64,000 nt of DNA from an uncultured Pseudomonadota bacterium (GTDB taxonomy: Bacteria; Pseudomonadota; Alphaproteobacteria; JACZXZ01): assembly GCA_963749075.1 (NCBI GenBank), contig CAVVLJ010000021.1:288001-352000 (forward strand). Direction: 5' to 3'. Shown here one piece after another: positions 8,903 through 18,280 of this stretch; within the stretch, counting starts at the first letter, position 1, and every line of letters begins with the position of its first letter. The notes under the pieces are model-generated. The model ran no database searches. It was not told the DNA's origin and worked only from the letters and a program-made list of their open reading frames with translations. The position numbers and the translations under genes are program-made.

Positions 8903-10018
8903 ATGCGCGCGGTCATCGTCGTTCCCACTTACAACGAACGCGGCAATATCGAGCCGCTCGTCACGGCGCTCGAGGCGCAGTTCCGCGCCATGCCGCACGA
9001 CATGCACGTCCTCGTCGTCGACGACAGCTCGCCCGACGGCACCGCCGCGGCCGTGCGGGAGCTGCAGCAGCGCTTCGCCAACCTCCACCTCCTCGAAGGG
9101 CGCAAGGCCGGTCTCGGCACCGCTTACGTGCGCGGCCTGCGCTACGCCCTCGACGGGCTCGCCGCCGACGTCGTCCTCCAAATGGACGCCGACCTCTCGC
9201 ACAAGCCGGAGGACGTGCCGCGCCTCATGGCCGCACTCGAGGCGGGAGCCGATTTCGTCATCGGCAGCCGCTACGTGGCGGGCGGCTCGGTGCCGGCCGA
9301 ATGGCAGCTCCACAGGCGGCTCATGTCGCTCCTCGGCAATCTGGCGACGCGCCATATCGCGGGCCTCCACCGCGTGCACGACTGCACCGCGGGCTTCCGC
9401 GCCATCCGCGCAGCGCTCGTCCGCGACATCGAGCTCGGCTCCTTGCGCGTCGAGGGCTACGCCTTCCTCGTCGCCATGCTGCACGCGGCGATGATGCGGG
9501 AGGCCAAGATCGTCGAAGTCCCGGTCGACTTCATCGAGCGCCGCAGCGGCCAGTCGAAGTTGGGGCTCTCGGATATCGTGGAGTTCATCGTCAACGTCTG
9601 GTGGATCCGCTTCCAGAGCTCGCGCACCTTCATCAAGCTCGGCGCCGTCGGCGCCGCCGGCGTCGCGGTCAACCTCGGCTCCTTCGCCGTCCTCCTGGCG
9701 CTCGGGATGAGCCCCTATGCGGCCTCGCCGCTTGCGGTGGCGCTCTCGATCGTCTCGAACTTCACGCTCAACCGCTATTGGACCTTCCGCGCCGAGAGCC
9801 GCGGCACCGCCCCGACGATGAAGGGGCGCAAGTTCAGCGCGGTCTCGCTCCTCGCGCTCGCCGCGAGCTACGGCACCTTCCTCGCCCTCTCAGCGGCCTT
9901 TCCGGAGAGCGCCCCCATCCTCCGCCAGCTTGCCGCCGTCGTGCCGGCGACGCTCGTCAATTATTTCCTCGACTCCTACTGGCCGCTGCGCAGCGCGCCG
10001 CGGGCGAAGGCGGGTTGA
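8903..10018 (+). CDS. polyprenol-phosphate mannose synthase-like GT2 fused to GtrA flippase domain
   Basis: VVPTYNERGNI, VVDDSSPDGT, QMDADLSH, GSRYV, ERRSGQSKL; C-terminal GtrA (NFTLNRYWTF). Confidence 0.9.
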   Translation: MRAVIVVPTYNERGNIEPLVTALEAQFRAMPHDMHVLVVDDSSPDGTAAAVRELQQRFANLHLLEGRKAGLGTAYVRGLRYALDGLAADVVLQMDADLSHKPEDVPRLMAALEAGADFVIGSRYVAGGSVPAEWQLHRRLMSLLGNLATRHIAGLHRVHDCTAGFRAIRAALVRDIELGSLRVEGYAFLVAMLHAAMMREAKIVEVPVDFIERRSGQSKLGLSDIVEFIVNVWWIRFQSSRTFIKLGAVGAAGVAVNLGSFAVLLALGMSPYAASPLAVALSIVSNFTLNRYWTFRAESRGTAPTMKGRKFSAVSLLALAASYGTFLALSAAFPESAPILRQLAAVVPATLVNYFLDSYWPLRSAPRAKAG

Positions 10019-10148
10019 GGGCCGGACGGCCGGCTTGGCGGCCGGCGGCGGGCGGTATATGGATGGGCGGGCGCGCGGCGCTCCCGCGCGGGCGGCGGCC
10101 GGGCAAAGCGCCGTCGCGTCTTTCGCTCTCGAGAGGGAAGGGAACGAC

Positions 10149-10475
10149 ATGATCTACGAGCTGCGCGTCTATCACTGCGTCTCGGGCCGCCTGCCGGCCC
10201 TCCTCAAGCGCTTCGAGACCATCACGCTGGGCATCTGGGAGCGCCACGGCATCCGCCAGGCCGGCTTCTGGACCGTGGTGATCGGGGATTCGAACCAGGA
10301 TCTCTATTACCTCCTGCAATGGGGGTCGCTCGCCGAGCGCGAGAAGAAATGGACGGCCTTCATGAACGATCCCGAATGGATCGCCAAGCGCGCCGAGACC
10401 GAGCGCGACGGCGCCATCGTTGCCTCCCTCGAGAACCTCATCCTGCAGCCGACCAAATTCTCCGCCGTGAGGTAG
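10149..10475 (+). CDS. NIPSNAP family protein
   Basis: MIYELRVYHC...W.SLAEREKKWTAFMNDPEW. Confidence 0.85.
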   Translation: MIYELRVYHCVSGRLPALLKRFETITLGIWERHGIRQAGFWTVVIGDSNQDLYYLLQWGSLAEREKKWTAFMNDPEWIAKRAETERDGAIVASLENLILQPTKFSAVR

Positions 10476-10505
10476 CGCCGGCGACGCGGGTTCGGCGGGC
10501 GACCC

Positions 10506-11504
10506 ATGCTGGCCGATCCGGCGACCCTCCTCGTCTATTCCGGCCGCGAGCTGATGGGGGACGGCTTCATGAAGATCCCGTTCTTGCGCGCGCTCAGGGG
10601 GACCTGGCCCGGCGCGCGCATCACCTGGCTCGCGGGCCGCGGTGCCACCGTCTATGCCGCGGCACTCGCCCCGCTGGTGGCAGGCTATCTCGACGAGGTC
10701 ATCGCGGATGCGGGAATCGGCGTGTCGCTTGCCGAGCTCCTCCGCCGGCCGCTTGGCGGGCGCGGCTTCGAGCTCGTGATCGACACGCAGCGCGGCGTCA
10801 AGACGACGCTCGTCCTGCGCCGCGTGCGGCACCGGCTCTTCGTCTCCGCCGCCGCCGGCTTCCGCTTGAGCGACCGGCGCCCGGCCGCGGGCTACCGCCG
10901 GCCTCAGGCCATGGCGGCCCAGCTCCTCGACCTCGTGGCCATTGCGGCGGGCCGTCCCGCGGTCCTCGCCCCGCAGCCGGCGCTGCCCGAGCGCTATGCC
11001 GCCGCCGCCACCACGGCGCTCGCACCGGGACCGCCCATCCTGGGTCTCGTGCCGGGCGCCGGCGGGCGCCATAAATGCTGGCCGCGCGAGCGCTATGCCG
11101 AGCTTGCGCGCCAGATCCTTGCCCAGGGCGCCCGCGCCGCCTTCATCCTCGGGCCCGACGAGCGCGATTGGCTCGGCCCCTTGCGCGAGGCGGTGCCGGG
11201 AGCGCTTTTCCCCTTGCAGGACGGCCGCATCGCGCCGGAGCTGGCCGCCTCGCCGCTCTATACCATGGCGCTGGGGCGGCGGCTCCGCCTCGCGGTCGCC
11301 AACGACTGCGGCACCGCCCACATGCTGGCGGCCGTCGAATGCCCGATGGTGAGCCTCTTCGGCCCCAGCCTGGCGGCCAAATTCGCGCCCGCCACGCCGC
11401 GGCTCACCGTGCTTAAGGCGCAGGACTTCGGCGGCAGCGCCATGGCGGCCATCCCCCTTGCCGCCGTCGCCGCGGCGGTCGCGGCGGGGATGAGCGCCGG
11501 CTGA
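10506..11504 (+). CDS. glycosyltransferase family 9 (heptosyltransferase-like)
   Basis: MGD, PGAGGRHKCWP, ANDCGTAHMLAA and LFGPS motifs. Confidence 0.9.
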   Translation: MLADPATLLVYSGRELMGDGFMKIPFLRALRGTWPGARITWLAGRGATVYAAALAPLVAGYLDEVIADAGIGVSLAELLRRPLGGRGFELVIDTQRGVKTTLVLRRVRHRLFVSAAAGFRLSDRRPAAGYRRPQAMAAQLLDLVAIAAGRPAVLAPQPALPERYAAAATTALAPGPPILGLVPGAGGRHKCWPRERYAELARQILAQGARAAFILGPDERDWLGPLREAVPGALFPLQDGRIAPELAASPLYTMALGRRLRLAVANDCGTAHMLAAVECPMVSLFGPSLAAKFAPATPRLTVLKAQDFGGSAMAAIPLAAVAAAVAAGMSAG

Positions 11505-11526
11505 AGGCGCCGGCGTCGCCGGAGCC

Positions 11527-12363
11527 TCAATGGGCCATCAGCACGGGCACGGTCATGCGCTCGAAGATCTGGCGGGAGGCGCCGCCGAGCACGAGCTCGC
11601 GCAGGCGCGAATGGCCATAGACGCCCATGACGATGAGATCGACCCCCTCGTCGGCCGCGCGCGAGAGCAGCATGTCGCCGACCGTGATGTCGCCGCCGGC
11701 GAGCTCGTGCGTCTCGGCCGCGATGCCGTGGCGCGCCAGATAGCGGCAAATGGCCTCTCCCTCCCCGGGTTCTGCACCCGTCTCCGCCGGGCGGGGAATG
11801 ATCGAGAGGATCTCGACGCGCTTGGCGCCCGCGAGGAACGGCAGCGCATCGCGCACGGCGCGCGACGCCTGGGGGCTGCCGTTCCACGCCACCAGCACGT
11901 TCTCGCCGAGGGTGGCGAAGCGTCCGGCATAGGGCACCATGAGGACGGGCCGGCCCGTCCCCATCGCCACGCTCTCTGCGAAATCGGGGCTGCGGCCCGA
12001 GAGGCGCTCGTCCGGATCGGTCTGGCCGAGGATGGCGAGGTCCGTATGGCGCCCTTCGCGCGACACCAGCTCGGCCGCATCGCCTTCGCCCTCGAGCCAT
12101 TCCGCCGCGGGCTTGAGGCCGGCGATCGCCGTCTCGAAGAGCGCCTTGGCCACGTCGCGCTCTTGGCCGACCTCGGCGTCCGCCTCCTCCAGGCGCGCCG
12201 GCTGAAACTGGTCCACCATGAACGGCGAGAGGGTGACCGGTGGCAGCACGTACATGCCCCTCAATTGGGCGGCGAAGCGGCGCGCAAGGGCCGCGGCCAA
12301 TTCCAGCCGCGCCCGGCAGTGCCGCGACGCGTCGACGTGGACGAGAAGGTCTTTGTAGGACAT
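11527..12363 (-). CDS. universal stress protein (tandem USP)
   Basis: YKDLLVHVD, VAWNGSPQASRAV, DLIVMGVYGHSRLRELVLGGAS. Confidence 0.92.
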   Translation of the reverse strand: MSYKDLLVHVDASRHCRARLELAAALARRFAAQLRGMYVLPPVTLSPFMVDQFQPARLEEADAEVGQERDVAKALFETAIAGLKPAAEWLEGEGDAAELVSREGRHTDLAILGQTDPDERLSGRSPDFAESVAMGTGRPVLMVPYAGRFATLGENVLVAWNGSPQASRAVRDALPFLAGAKRVEILSIIPRPAETGAEPGEGEAICRYLARHGIAAETHELAGGDITVGDMLLSRAADEGVDLIVMGVYGHSRLRELVLGGASRQIFERMTVPVLMAH

Positions 12364-12754
12364 GTCGTCTCCCTCGCGTTGGGTGGCGGCCGCTTTCGGC
12401 AAGGCACGGCCGGCCGCTTGTAGCTAGTCCCTGGCCAAGCTGCGGGCCTTGATCTGGCGCAAGAATGGAACCTGCGGCAATGGAAAAAGTGCCCCGGCGC
12501 CGCTTGGTCGGGGTAGGACAGCGTGCGATGCGGCGCAGCCCCATGATACAAAATCATGGCCGGCGCGTCGCTATTCCCTGGCCCCCATTTCGCCAAGTGC
12601 AAGTCCGGCAGCTGCCCCCAAGGTCATCCCCCCGGAGCAACATGCCGAAATCGGGAATTTCGCCCGGCCCGGGTACAGCTCAAGGAGCCGTTGCCAGCCG
12701 AGCCCGAAGGAGTAGACAATCGCGCTGCAGCACCCGCACGCCGTAGGGTGGACC

Positions 12755-14206
12755 ATGGAGAGTAAGAGCGTCCAGCGCAGGCTTGCGGCCATCCTCGCCG
12801 CCGACGTCGTCGGCTACAGCCGGCTGATGAACGCCGACGAGGTCCGTACTTTGGAGGCGCTGAAGGCGCATCGCCGCGAGCTGGTCGACCCGGTGATTGC
12901 CGCTCATCACGGCCGTATGGTCAAGACCACGGGCGACGGGGCGCTGGTAGAATTCGCCAGCGTCGTCGATGCGGTCGGGTGCGCGGTGGCGATCCAGCGC
13001 GGCATGGTCAGCCGCAACGCGCGCGTGGCCGAGGACAAGCGCATTGTCTTCCGCATCGGGATCAATGTTGGCGACATTATCATCGACGGCGGCGACATCT
13101 TCGGGGACGGCGTGAATATTGCGGCCCGTCTGGAAGCGCTCTGCGAGCCTGGAGGGCTGTGCATCTCACGCGCGGCCAACGATCAAATCAGGGACAAGCT
13201 GTCGCTCGCCTTCGCCGATCTGGGCGAGCAGACGGTCAAGAACATATCCCGCGCCGTCGGCGTCTTTGGCCTCGCCCAGAAGGAGATCGCAGCGCTGCCG
13301 GAGCCCGAAATCGTCCAGCCGCCGGCCGATCAGCCGGGCGCCGACCGCCATGGGTCCGGGCCGCACTATGAGCAGGAGATTCAATTCTGCATGACGCGGG
13401 ACGGCGTGCAGCTCGCTTATTCGCGCATGGGCAGCGGACCGCCGCTGGTCAAGACCGGAAACTGGATGACGCATCTCGAGTTCGATTTCGAGAGCCCGAT
13501 TTGGCGGCATCTCTACCGCGAGCTGTCGCGCGATCGCACCCTGATCCGCTACGACGCGCGCGGCAACGGCCTCTCCGACCGCGACGTTGAAGATGTCTCC
13601 TTCGAGGCGCTCGTGAACGATCTCGAAGCCGTCGTCGACGCCGCCGGCCTCGAACGCTTCGCGCTGCTCGGTATCTCCCAGGGCTGCGCGGTGTCGATCG
13701 CCTATGCGGTGCGCCATCCGGAGCGCGTCACGCATCTGATTCTCTTCGGGGGCTACGCGGTCGGCTGGGCGAAGCGTGCCAAGTCGGCCGCGGAAAAGGA
13801 GCAAGGTGCGGCGATGCTGACCCTGGTGCGACTCGGCTGGGGCCAGGAAAATCCCGCCTTTCGCCAGATCTTCACGTCGCAATTCATCCCGGGTGGAACC
13901 AAGGAGCAGGTCGACTGGTTCAATGAGCTGCAACGGATCTCGACCTCGCCCGAAGACGCGGTGCGCAGCCTGGCCGCGAACGGCGATACGGATGTCAGCG
14001 CGCTGCTGGCTCAGGTTGCCGTCCCGACCCTTGTCATGCATGCGCGCGACGACGCCCGCGTCCCCTTTGACCAGGGCAGGCGTCTCGCCGCAGCAATCCC
14101 GGGCGCCCGGTTCGTGCCGCTGGCGAGCCGCAATCACCTGATCCTTGAAGATGAGCCCGCCTTTCCCCGCTTCCTGCAGGAAGTCAGGGGGTTCCTCGCG
14201 GCCTAG
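12755..14206 (+). CDS. class III adenylate/guanylate cyclase fused to alpha/beta hydrolase
   Basis: AILAADVVGYSRL, KTTGDG, FGDGVNIAARLE; GISQG nucleophile elbow and SRNH. Confidence 0.9.
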   Translation: MESKSVQRRLAAILAADVVGYSRLMNADEVRTLEALKAHRRELVDPVIAAHHGRMVKTTGDGALVEFASVVDAVGCAVAIQRGMVSRNARVAEDKRIVFRIGINVGDIIIDGGDIFGDGVNIAARLEALCEPGGLCISRAANDQIRDKLSLAFADLGEQTVKNISRAVGVFGLAQKEIAALPEPEIVQPPADQPGADRHGSGPHYEQEIQFCMTRDGVQLAYSRMGSGPPLVKTGNWMTHLEFDFESPIWRHLYRELSRDRTLIRYDARGNGLSDRDVEDVSFEALVNDLEAVVDAAGLERFALLGISQGCAVSIAYAVRHPERVTHLILFGGYAVGWAKRAKSAAEKEQGAAMLTLVRLGWGQENPAFRQIFTSQFIPGGTKEQVDWFNELQRISTSPEDAVRSLAANGDTDVSALLAQVAVPTLVMHARDDARVPFDQGRRLAAAIPGARFVPLASRNHLILEDEPAFPRFLQEVRGFLAA

Positions 14207-14239
14207 CACTCACCATGGGGGATATCGTGCGTCGAGACG

Positions 14240-14491
14240 CTAGACCTTGACCCTCTTGCCCTCGGGCGTCAGCCAGGTCCAACCGGCCTTGCCTTCGCCG
14301 AAGCGCTCGGTCACGAAGCTCTCGAGATCGCGCCGGGCGCGCTTGCGGATCTTGACCTCCTTCGGCGCCGCCTTGCGCCCGTTGAGCCCGAAGTAGGTCA
14401 GCATCTTTTTCGTGGTCGCGCGAAGGGTCCTCGAGGCCGTATCGACCTCGATGGTGCCATGAGCCGCGAAGCGAAGGATCTCTCTGGACAT
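14240..14491 (-). CDS. small basic hypothetical protein
   Basis: 83 aa ORF with coding-like codon use, K/R rich. Confidence 0.6.
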   Translation of the reverse strand: MSREILRFAAHGTIEVDTASRTLRATTKKMLTYFGLNGRKAAPKEVKIRKRARRDLESFVTERFGEGKAGWTWLTPEGKRVKV

Positions 14492-14842
14492 CCGGAGGTC
14501 CTCAGCAAGCCAATTGTTGTAATTTTGGCATCAATTACGACGCTTTGCACGAGCCAATCGATAAGTGGTAATACCACTAGGCCCAGGGCACCCCCGCGGC
14601 CGGGTCGAGCCGCTCCGGGCGCATGGCCGGGGGCGGCCCGTACCGCCCCTCTGGCGGGGGATGTGACCAATGTCATTGCGGCGGACGCTTGATTATAAGA
14701 GGGTTGCCGAATAAGACATGGTGGCCCTCCGGGCGCCGGCCCTTCCGCGGTCTGGCGTATTATCCCGGGGGGCCGGGGGGCTCGGTTTGCGGCCGGGCAA
14801 TGGCGGCCGGGCCGGGGACAAGTCGAGGGGCACATTCTAGCG

Positions 14843-16156
14843 ATGGTCGCGCTTGACTATGTGGGGGCGAATGTTCCGGCAGCGGGAGAGCGCGCGCGCA
14901 TCCGCGTCGGCGTGCTCGTCGACCTCGAGCTCAGCCCGCAGGCGGGCGGACACGTCAAGTGCTGGGAGCGCCTGGCGCGTGCCGCCTCGGCCTTCGGCGA
15001 TCAGCTCGACCTCACGGTCCATTTCGCCGGCCGCGAGCGCGCCACGGAAGCGCTCGCCGACAACGTGCGCTACGTCATCGAGCCGCCGGTCCTGAGCACG
15101 GCGCGCTTTCCCTTTCTCTCGCACGTGCCGGACCACACGGACGTCGCACCCTACCACCTGCGCCTCGCGCGCGCCTTGCGCAGCTACCATGTGATCCACA
15201 CCACCGACGCCTTCTTCGCCTATGCGCGCACCGCCATCCGCGTCGCCCGGCGCACCGGCATCCCGCTGGTCACCTCGGTCCATACCAATACGCCCGAGTA
15301 TTCGCGCATCTACACGCGGCTGACGATCCAGCGCCTGGCCGGCTGCGGCGCCTTGGGCCGCGCCCTCATCGAGCGCCTGGGGCTCGACCGCATGGTGGAG
15401 CGCCGCATGGTGGAGCGCCTGGCCGAGCATCAGCGCCACTGCGCCTTCAGCTTCCTCTCGCGCCCCGAGCAGCTCGCCGCGGCGGAGCGCGCGCTCGGCG
15501 GGCGGGTCGGCCTCCTGCGCCGCGGCATCGAGCGCGACCTCTTCACGCCGCACCAGCGCAACCGCGCCTGGCTCGCGGCCACCCTCGGCGTTCCCGTCGA
15601 GCGCACGGTGGTGCTCTTCGTCGGCCGGCTCAACCGCGGCAAGAACGTGCTGCTGCTGGCCGAGGCGATGGCGGCGCTGGTGGCCGAGGGGCTCGATCTC
15701 CAGCTCGTCTGCGCCGGCGTCGGCGACCAGCGCGACGCGGTCATCGCCCAGCTCGGCGAGCGCGCCACCTGCCCGGGTACCCTGGCACCCGACTTCCTCG
15801 CCCGGCTCTACGCCTCGGCCGATCTCTTCGCACTGCCGTCCGAGATCGAGGAATTGGCGAACGTGGTGCTCGAGGCGCTGGCCTCCGGCCTGCCGGTCCT
15901 CGTCGCGCGCGAGAGCGGCATGGGCCGCGCCATCGTCGAGGGCGAGACCGGGCTCACGCTCCCAGGTGCCGCGCGGGAGGCCTGGGCCGGCGCCATCAAG
16001 CTCCTGACCGAGGATGCGGTGCTGCGCACGCGCATGGCGCGCGCGGCACGGCGCTACGCCGAGCAGCGCCTGCCCGCCTGGGAGGACGTGCTCGGCGAGG
16101 ACCTCCTGCCCCATTGGCAAAGGGTCGCTGCCGAGGGCCCTAACTGGCGAGCGTGA
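14843..16156 (+). CDS. glycosyltransferase family 4
   Basis: LFVGRLNRGKN, PSEIEELANVVLEALASGLPV. Confidence 0.9.
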   Translation: MVALDYVGANVPAAGERARIRVGVLVDLELSPQAGGHVKCWERLARAASAFGDQLDLTVHFAGRERATEALADNVRYVIEPPVLSTARFPFLSHVPDHTDVAPYHLRLARALRSYHVIHTTDAFFAYARTAIRVARRTGIPLVTSVHTNTPEYSRIYTRLTIQRLAGCGALGRALIERLGLDRMVERRMVERLAEHQRHCAFSFLSRPEQLAAAERALGGRVGLLRRGIERDLFTPHQRNRAWLAATLGVPVERTVVLFVGRLNRGKNVLLLAEAMAALVAEGLDLQLVCAGVGDQRDAVIAQLGERATCPGTLAPDFLARLYASADLFALPSEIEELANVVLEALASGLPVLVARESGMGRAIVEGETGLTLPGAAREAWAGAIKLLTEDAVLRTRMARAARRYAEQRLPAWEDVLGEDLLPHWQRVAAEGPNWRA

Positions 16157-16959
16157 GCGACGGCGCCCGCATCCTCATCCTCGTCCCCCATCCGGACGAC
16201 GAGGTGGTGGGATGCGCTGTTGCAGTGCGGCGCGCAAAGGCGGGCGGCAAGCGCCTTTTCACCCTCTATCTCACGAGCGGCGTGCCCGAGCGGCATCTCT
16301 TGTGGCCGTGGCAGCGTCGGCGCTACGCAGCACTCATCGCCGCGCGCCGCGCCGAGGCGGAGGCCGCGGCGGCATTCCTCGGCCTCGAGCCCGTGGGTTT
16401 TGCCGCGCTGCCGGCGCGCACCTTGAAGTCGCACCTCGCGGCTTCGCTCGCCCGCATCGAAGTTGTGCTCGCGGCCGAGGGCATCGACGAGCTGTGGGCG
16501 CCGGCCTTCGAGGGCGGCCATCAGGACCACGATGCCGCCAACCTGCTCGCCTCGCGCCTTGCGCACCGCCTCCCCGTCATCGAGTTCGCGGAATATCACG
16601 CGGCCGGCGGCGGCGTGCACAGCCAGCGCTTCGTGGCGCCGCACGGGGACGAGCGCGCCATCGCCCTCTCCCCGGAGGAGGCGGCCTGGAAGCGCCGGGC
16701 CTTGGGCCTCTACCGCTCGGAGCGGCGCAACCTCGCCCATATCCGTTGCGAGGCCGAGTGCCTGCGCCCGCTCGCACCCTATGACTACGGCACCCCGCCT
16801 CACCCGGGCCGCCTCTTCTTCGCGCGCTTCCAATGGGTGCCGTTCCGCCACCCGCGCGTCGATTTCGACCCGCCGGCCGCGGTCTATGCGGCACTTGCGC
16901 GGTTTGCCGCCGAGAGCGAGCATGGTGGAGGCAAAGCCGCCGGTGCGGCCGAGCGCTGA
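16153..16959 (+). CDS. PIG-L/LmbE family de-N-acetylase
   Basis: PHPDDE and GGHQDH motifs; 4-nt overlap with the GT4 gene. Confidence 0.9.
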   Translation: MSDGARILILVPHPDDEVVGCAVAVRRAKAGGKRLFTLYLTSGVPERHLLWPWQRRRYAALIAARRAEAEAAAAFLGLEPVGFAALPARTLKSHLAASLARIEVVLAAEGIDELWAPAFEGGHQDHDAANLLASRLAHRLPVIEFAEYHAAGGGVHSQRFVAPHGDERAIALSPEEAAWKRRALGLYRSERRNLAHIRCEAECLRPLAPYDYGTPPHPGRLFFARFQWVPFRHPRVDFDPPAAVYAALARFAAESEHGGGKAAGAAER

Positions 16960-16981
16960 GCAGAATGGGAGGGCCTGTGCC

Positions 16982-17362
16982 GTGTTGAAGAAGGGCTTCA
17001 AGGCGTTGCTTGCCGAAGCGAATGCCGCCGTCGAAACCGTCCCGGTCGCCGAGGTGCTACGGCTCCAGTCCGCGGGCGACACCGTCCTCGTCGATGTGCG
17101 CGAGGGCTCCGAATATGCCGAGGGCCATCTCCCCGGTGCCTTGAGCGTGCCCCGCGGCCTCCTCGAGTTCATCGCCGATCCCGAGGCGCCGATCCACAAT
17201 CCCGCCCTCTCCTCAGGGAAGCGGCTGGTGCTCTATTGCGGCTCCGGCGGCCGTTCGGCGCTCGCCGCCAAGACGCTTTCCGACATGGGCGTCGCCAACG
17301 TCTCCCACATGGGGGGCGGCTTCGGCGCCTGGGTCAAGGCGGGCGGCCCGGTCGAGCACTGA
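16982..17362 (+). CDS. rhodanese-like domain protein
   Basis: LVDVRE..EY..GHLPGA, YCGSGGRSALAA, GGFGAW; GTG start after GGGAGG. Confidence 0.88.
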   Translation: MLKKGFKALLAEANAAVETVPVAEVLRLQSAGDTVLVDVREGSEYAEGHLPGALSVPRGLLEFIADPEAPIHNPALSSGKRLVLYCGSGGRSALAAKTLSDMGVANVSHMGGGFGAWVKAGGPVEH

Positions 17363-17394
17363 CGGCGGCTCCGGCGCCCGCGGCGCGCCTCCGC

Positions 17395-18270
17395 TCACTT
17401 CCGCCGCGGGTCGAGCGCGTCGCGCAGGCCGTCGCCGAGGAGATTGAAGGCGAGCACGACGAGGAAGATGGCGAGCCCGGGCCAGAGGGCCATCCACGGC
17501 GCCTGCTCGAGGAAGTTCTTGGCCGTATTGAGCATGCTGCCCCAGCTCGGCGCCGGCGGCTGCTGGCCGAGCCCGAGGAAGGAGAGGCTCGCCTCCGCGA
17601 TGACGGCCTGGGCGATCGCGAGGGTGGCCTGCACCATGAGCGGCGGCAGGATGTTGGGGAGGATGTGGCGCAACAGGATGCGCGCGTGGGAATTGCCCAG
17701 CGCCTTGGCCGCCTCGACATAGTCCTCGACCTTGACCGCAAGCGTCTGGCCGCGCGTGAGCCGCACGAAGATCGGCATGGCGGAGATGCCGATGGCGATC
17801 ATCGCGTTGGTGAGGCTCGGGCCCAAGAAGGCGGCAAGGGCGATCGCCAGGATGAGGAAGGGGCAGGCGAGCATGGCATCGGTGATGCGCATGATGAGCC
17901 CGTCGATCCAGCGCCCGGCATAGCCCGAGACGAGGCCGATCGGCACGCCGAGACCGAGTGCGATCACCACCGATACGACGCCGGCGAGGAGCGAGGCGCG
18001 CGCGCCGTAGATCATGCGCGCGAGGAGGTCGCGGCCGATCTCGTCGGTGCCGAAGACGTGCGCCAGGCTCGGCGCCTTGCGCACGGCAAGGAAATTCGTG
18101 GCCGTCGGATCGTAGGGGCTCAAGAGCGGGGCGAGCACCGCCACGGCCACGAAGAAGAGCACTACGAGTGCGCCCATGAGCGCACTCGGCCGGCGCACGA
18201 GCCGGGCGAGCACTGCCTGGAGCGGACCAGGCTCCTTGACCTCGATATCTTCGGTCGCGAGCGCCGTCAC
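17395..18270 (-). CDS. peptide ABC transporter permease (DppC/OppC-like)
   Basis: FGTDEIGRD, EAA loop, RDALDPR. Confidence 0.92.
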   Translation of the reverse strand: MTALATEDIEVKEPGPLQAVLARLVRRPSALMGALVVLFFVAVAVLAPLLSPYDPTATNFLAVRKAPSLAHVFGTDEIGRDLLARMIYGARASLLAGVVSVVIALGLGVPIGLVSGYAGRWIDGLIMRITDAMLACPFLILAIALAAFLGPSLTNAMIAIGISAMPIFVRLTRGQTLAVKVEDYVEAAKALGNSHARILLRHILPNILPPLMVQATLAIAQAVIAEASLSFLGLGQQPPAPSWGSMLNTAKNFLEQAPWMALWPGLAIFLVVLAFNLLGDGLRDALDPRRK

Positions 18271-18280
18271 CGCTCTACAC

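Noticed and set aside
12755-14206. Cyclase-hydrolase fusion as a novel system
   Set aside because: Architecture is already common in Alphaproteobacteria and Actinobacteria
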